A DNA stretch of 52,753 nt from Myxococcota bacterium (lineage in GTDB: Bacteria > Myxococcota > XYA12-FULL-58-9 > JASMKV01). The notes under the pieces are model-generated. The model was not told the origin of the DNA. It did no database searches and saw only the letters and a list, made by a program, of their open reading frames with translations. Below, one piece after another: positions 49,501 through 52,753 of the stretch (the stretch's first letter is position 1; every line of letters begins with the position of its first letter). A program made the position numbers and the translations under genes. The stretch lies in contig JASMKV010000329.1 in NCBI GenBank assembly GCA_030749035.1, positions 1-52,753 on the forward strand. The letters are read 5' to 3'.

Positions 49501-49655
49501 CCGCTCGCTGCATAAATCCGCTCTTCAGCCAAACGCAAAAACCGTACGCGTACTCTGCGCCCTTCAATATGTGTCACCACCCCAACCCCCAGGGAAGGAT
49601 CGGCCGGTGACCATACTAATTGTCCGGTGGTTTGTTTATTTTGCTGCATCTGCAT
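46572..49655 (-). CDS. rapA: RNA polymerase-associated Swi2/Snf2 ATPase RapA (HepA)-like
   Basis: N-terminal GQLVWS..DPSLGVGVV (RapA Tudor-like), LLADEVGLGKT, DEAHH, LLLTATP, STEAGGEGRNFQF, EQRIGRVDRVGQ and RapA_C-like TYDR..AL..ED..F...GHPLV. Confidence 0.87.
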   Translation of the reverse strand: MQMQQNKQTTGQLVWSPADPSLGVGVVTHIEGRRVRVRFLRLAEERIYAASGREQVLMRYKMNSGEKVRDKDGNEVLIKTANELNESGLLTYELDDGRVCAENELIPDIRAVGAKERLASLDLVHPEILRARTQGLRLAKFAQRPGHSAILGARAQWLPHQLDVATRAVANDPVRLLLADEVGLGKTVEAALIFAGLRAERRANRVLILAPNSLCIQWLGEIYRKVHDLPVLLDEDRLSDIEREYSEINPFEAHQHLVVSIDSLKSDVYLAQNALLADWDLVIVDEAHHLRWNEAEGGNRGYQIVEGLAEKTKHLLLLTATPMALDPAEYHALLRLLDSERFDAPEVFAEATERAGLVREVGKALALAVENKEEFDKDVLKQAKQIFADDVDDQEAFKRFAKLKTGDKKRAAILPDIIGALRERHGLADFVVRNRRGPVGGLPERRPQLFPLAPSEQQENLMDIGEGVILDLLRTFTSMENKNQLLGESFRALWATPRALMDVVRPISRELANEIEPYVDAVIHGPVDEKGLPTVDMRLRWLLEQIRALGEDEKLLVFVERPVAVQALKDSLDNLYAEDVAVFHRALAPRDQDRQVAWFREAGGPKVMLSTEAGGEGRNFQFCHNIVLYDMPWRPATVEQRIGRVDRVGQRHDVNVLVPYFKSGYEAAILKIMQQSIGVLDRTVGGIDHALEYVSDELADLILEGGGSDAWKKLFIKTEKLVQDSRERIASGVDVILDHASFNQERVQEFLESIPEDIEAQTENFVSNFIEHSRFEVSEQSAELVSIEGAPSSSGRSDDESVVVGTYDRTYALDHEDVEFFAFGHPLVEQAFEWAQQESDASASLALLRGWKQDGAVFVWRFGLDAPDDAPELGTYFSGKDFTIALDESGKRQVVFEGILDDVERPLEKMDAAPLRGMIGRWRGLVDANYKAAQTLIDEDLTALCVEAGKKIEDVYEQRLRVMGRKQKRALARVSSADKENLMVAQKEEREMLLSYFDGLRGRLGDMTPRLQAVLALRLLKASEVSA

Positions 49656-49825
49656 GAATGTCTGCTCTTCTTAGCCTATTTGGGACATTTAAAACCGGCG
49701 AACATTGCCAAATGTAATCCAGAAGTGCAAGCAAACCTCCCCTTGCAACGCATTATTTTTCGCTTTTCTTGTGATTATCTTTTGAACTCTGGTCTCTGGA
49801 GGAGTAAGATCGGCTGGAGAACACT

Positions 49826-50383
49826 ATGCCACACGTTGATTTACTTGATTTACCTTATTTTGAAGGACTCTCCTTGGATGATTTGGTCACTTTGGTTGAT
49901 CTTCTCGAGCCAAGACAGTTTTCACCCGGAACCATTATTCTTGCAGAGCGCAGCATAGAACCAGGCCCGCTTTATATCGCCACAGCCGGCTCGGTAAGAA
50001 TAACCAAAAAGAATCCTAAAGGTTTGGACATTCCGCTGGCAGAGCTCAAAAGCCCTACACTCTTTGGCGAGATTGAGCTTTTTTGCGAAATGCCACCAGT
50101 GGCAACCGTCACTGCAACCACTGAAGTTGCCGCCTTTGTTCTGGATCGACGAACCTTTGACAAATTGCTTGGCGACAAACATCCAGCACTGCTGCGCTTT
50201 ACATACAACATGGCGAAAGTGGCCTGTCATCGTCTGGCCATTTGTGATGATATTATGGCCAGAAGCCTCGGGCACGAAGATCTCATTGCTTTGCGACGGC
50301 AAATATTTTCCAGTATGGCCCCTAAAGATAAATGGGCACAAACCACCGGCATGTTTAAATTACCTAATTTCACAAAACCGTAA
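49826..50383 (+). CDS. Cyclic-nucleotide-binding domain protein without HTH
   Basis: LPYFEGLS, F..G..I, LYI...G.V.I.K, LFGEI.L, ATVTA, LDR..FD.L; GGAG RBS. Confidence 0.85.
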   Translation: MPHVDLLDLPYFEGLSLDDLVTLVDLLEPRQFSPGTIILAERSIEPGPLYIATAGSVRITKKNPKGLDIPLAELKSPTLFGEIELFCEMPPVATVTATTEVAAFVLDRRTFDKLLGDKHPALLRFTYNMAKVACHRLAICDDIMARSLGHEDLIALRRQIFSSMAPKDKWAQTTGMFKLPNFTKP

Positions 50384-50391
50384 TTTAAACT

Positions 50392-51444
50392 CTAAGCCGA
50401 GAGTCGTTCAACAATCGCATCACCCATTTGCGAAGTTCCCGTATGGCCTCCCAGGTCTTCGCTCAAATGACCAGCATGAAGTGTTTGCATGACTGCATTT
50501 TCAATCGCCCGGGACGCTTCTCGATGTTCAAGATGCTCAAGCAACATTCCCATGGTAAGAATGGCGGCCAAAGGATTGGCTTTATCCATACCGGCAATAT
50601 CCGGTGCTGAACCGTGTACCGGCTCAAAGAGACAAAGCCCATCCGGGTTTATATTCGCACTTGCGGCCATCCCCATACCGCCCTGCAGCTCAGCGGCCAA
50701 GTCAGTCACGATATCGCCAAAAAGATTGTTCGTCACAATCACCTCAAATTGCTCCGGCGATCTGAGCAAGGCCATTGCCAAAGCATCCACGTAAAAATGA
50801 TTTGCCTCAATCGTTGGATAATCCTGCGCCACCTCTTTAAAGACCCGCTGCCACAAATCGTGCGCATAACGCATCGCATTTGATTTGTCGCTCATGGTCA
50901 CACGCCCAAGATTATTCTTTTGTGCGTATGCAAATGCTGCCCTAATGATTCGTTCTACCCCTTTACGAGTATTGATATCTTCATTAATGGCGATTTCGTC
51001 TGCTGTGCCTTTTTTAAAATTTCCCCCAACACCAACATAAATGCCCTCGGTGTTTTCACGAAACACTTTAAAATCAATCGCATCATGCGTTTTCGCTTTG
51101 AGCGGGCAAAACTGATCTGCCAAACATTTAACCGGTCTAAAGTTAATATAGAGATCTAGCTCGAAACGTAAGGCAAGTAAGATTTCCCGACCGTGTTGCA
51201 TATCCGGAACTCTGGGGTCGCCTAAAGCGCCCAAATAAATGGCGGCGAAGTCATTACGAAAGCGCTCTATCTCCCCTTTGGGCAAAGTCGTTCCATCCCG
51301 AAGATATCTCTCGGCCCCATAATCCAGCTCTTCAACCTCTAAATCTAAATCAAAACGGTCTCTTACCGTATCGAGTGCACGAAGAGCCTGGGCTGTTACT
51401 TCTGTCCCAATGCCATCACCAGCAATCACCGCAATTCGCTGCAT
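50392..51444 (-). CDS. leuB: 3-isopropylmalate dehydrogenase (isocitrate/isopropylmalate dehydrogenase family)
   Basis: IAGDGIGTEV, GALGDPRV, LLALRFELD..INFRPVK, RENTEG.Y, DKSN, NLFGDIVTDL, FEPVHGSAPDIAG. Family is certain; exact substrate is less so. Confidence 0.82.
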   Translation of the reverse strand: MQRIAVIAGDGIGTEVTAQALRALDTVRDRFDLDLEVEELDYGAERYLRDGTTLPKGEIERFRNDFAAIYLGALGDPRVPDMQHGREILLALRFELDLYINFRPVKCLADQFCPLKAKTHDAIDFKVFRENTEGIYVGVGGNFKKGTADEIAINEDINTRKGVERIIRAAFAYAQKNNLGRVTMSDKSNAMRYAHDLWQRVFKEVAQDYPTIEANHFYVDALAMALLRSPEQFEVIVTNNLFGDIVTDLAAELQGGMGMAASANINPDGLCLFEPVHGSAPDIAGMDKANPLAAILTMGMLLEHLEHREASRAIENAVMQTLHAGHLSEDLGGHTGTSQMGDAIVERLSA

Positions 51445-51569
51445 GAAGTCTATCCTTCCCATTCCAAACTCTTAGACAGCCTGGTCGTCTTTGCTGGTAA
51501 GGTCATTTATAATAAAAAGTTAACACTAAAATATCGACCTTTGGCCCAACCTCGCTTATATAGACTGCT

Positions 51570-52058
51570 ATGAAATCAAAATTACCACAAGTCATAAAAA
51601 TTATTGTTTTTCTCTCTTTTGGACTTTGTGCATGCAGCCCAGGGCTCATTGCCGGCACAAAAATTCATAATACAGATGACAACAACGACATCTACAATAT
51701 TGTCACCACTGTTCTCAAAGCACTCGAAGAGCAAGATTCTGAAACCATTCTTGGGTTTGTGTCGTCACGCTATTTCGAAAACATGGGTACACCCAATCCC
51801 GATGATGACTATGGTTATCACGAGCTTAAAGAGACCATACTCCCTGCAAGCATCAAAGCCACCAAGGAATTTTACCTGAGCTTTGAGATTCATGATATTG
51901 TGGCCAGCCAAAACCAGGCTTATGCGGATATTCGATACCGTTCACGTGCACGCATCGAAACCCCTTCGGGCGCATCGATGTGGGATAGCCACAAAGAATT
52001 TAATCGTATCGAATTCATTAAAACAGACAACCGCTGGGAAATTTCAGCGGGCTTATAA
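51570..52058 (+). CDS. NTF2-like fold lipoprotein
   Basis: Lipobox (LCAC); helix ALEEQDSETILGFVS..Y, then alternating beta-strands ending FIKTDNRWEISAGL. Confidence 0.7.
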   Translation: MKSKLPQVIKIIVFLSFGLCACSPGLIAGTKIHNTDDNNDIYNIVTTVLKALEEQDSETILGFVSSRYFENMGTPNPDDDYGYHELKETILPASIKATKEFYLSFEIHDIVASQNQAYADIRYRSRARIETPSGASMWDSHKEFNRIEFIKTDNRWEISAGL

Positions 52059-52072
52059 AGGGTATATGCGAC

Positions 52073-52468
52073 ATGGGTACATTAAACGCAGGCCAGGAAA
52101 TAGATGACCAATGCACGAAATGCAAATTGCTTCTGGCACATACGATTGTGGCGATGGATGGCGAATCGGTCATTAAGGTTGAATGCAACACGTGTCACAG
52201 CGTACACAAATACCGCGGTAAAAAAGCGAAAACCAGCCGAGCAAAATCCACAAAGAAAACCGCCATCAAAGTTGCCCCATTCGAACAACTTATTGCCGGA
52301 AAAGATTTAAGTCGCGCCACACGCTATAAAATATCAACGGCCTTGGCACAGGATGAAATTATCGATCATGCTAAATTTGGCCTTGGCATTGTGACCCATG
52401 TCATGGGTGATAATAAAGTCGAAGTTGAATTTTCAGAAGGGTCTCGTGTTCTTGTCCACAAGCGCTGA
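52073..52468 (+). CDS. Conserved hypothetical: Zn ribbon + basic linker + small SH3/Tudor-like domain
   Basis: CTKC..LAHTIVAM...VECNTCHSVH, Lys-rich linker, IIDHAKFGLGIV...KVEVEF. Confidence 0.8.
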   Translation: MGTLNAGQEIDDQCTKCKLLLAHTIVAMDGESVIKVECNTCHSVHKYRGKKAKTSRAKSTKKTAIKVAPFEQLIAGKDLSRATRYKISTALAQDEIIDHAKFGLGIVTHVMGDNKVEVEFSEGSRVLVHKR

Positions 52469-52714
52469 GAAACACACATCGTCTTACCTAGGCATACATA
52501 TTTGATGCCCACCTCGAACGCCGCACGCATGCCGCTTTGCCTCCACAGGCTTCTGTTATTACAAGACTTTATTCGATAGCGATCGCTTGACCATCGCGCG
52601 TTTAAGCGAAAAACCATTTCACAATGAATATCAGCCTTGGCCGGGACGTCTTTTGCTCCATAGGCCCACACCTTAGAGAACCAGAGTTCTTTTTAAAGAC
52701 GAAAGGAAATACTC

Positions 52715-52753
52715 ATGGGATCAACCGCATCTATGCAGACCAAATCTGAGCGG
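52715..52753 (+). CDS. Probable start of a gene running off the window (MGSTASMQTKSER...)
   Basis: AAAGGA RBS 7 nt before ATG 52715; frame open to the window edge; too short to identify. Confidence 0.45.
   Translation, partial: MGSTASMQTKSER

Noticed and set aside
46572-49655. SNF2 helicase as a phage-defence component (e.g. DISARM DrmD)
   Set aside because: RapA-type N- and C-terminal domains are present, with no methylase, nuclease or other defence neighbours.
52366-52671. 101-aa minus-strand ORF, in frame with a short open stretch at the window edge across one TAA
   Set aside because: Overlaps the 52073-52468 gene by ~100 nt and has no motifs; a + strand gene start with a good RBS at 52715 explains the edge better.

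Overview
Gene-dense chromosomal window of a Myxococcota-like bacterium. GC looks roughly 45-50% by eye, far below cultured myxobacteria. I found no RNA genes, CRISPR arrays or mobile elements. The dominant feature is an Agl-Glt-type envelope machine. It comprises one contiguous minus-strand operon of eight genes (two GltA/GltB-type beta-barrels, then GltC, D, E, F, G, H; 23274-12956) and a gltI(agmK)-gltJ(agmX) pair about 11 kb away (43587-34214). The aglRQS motor, gltK and cglB are not visible. Between the two glt blocks lie a Zn-ribbon/TM/TPR gene, a J-domain/TPR gene and an apparently lidless Hsp70, then a translationally coupled pair of a small secreted protein and a Cys-rich MYXO-CTERM matrixin-type metalloprotease. 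The remainder is housekeeping (trxB, murI, metH, mtnP, rapA, leuB, cN-II 5'-nucleotidase), a strongly divergent enolase behind a TPR lipoprotein, and several conserved hypotheticals. All calls come from motif recognition by eye; no searches were run. Several starts were moved from the ORF track to better-supported start codons.
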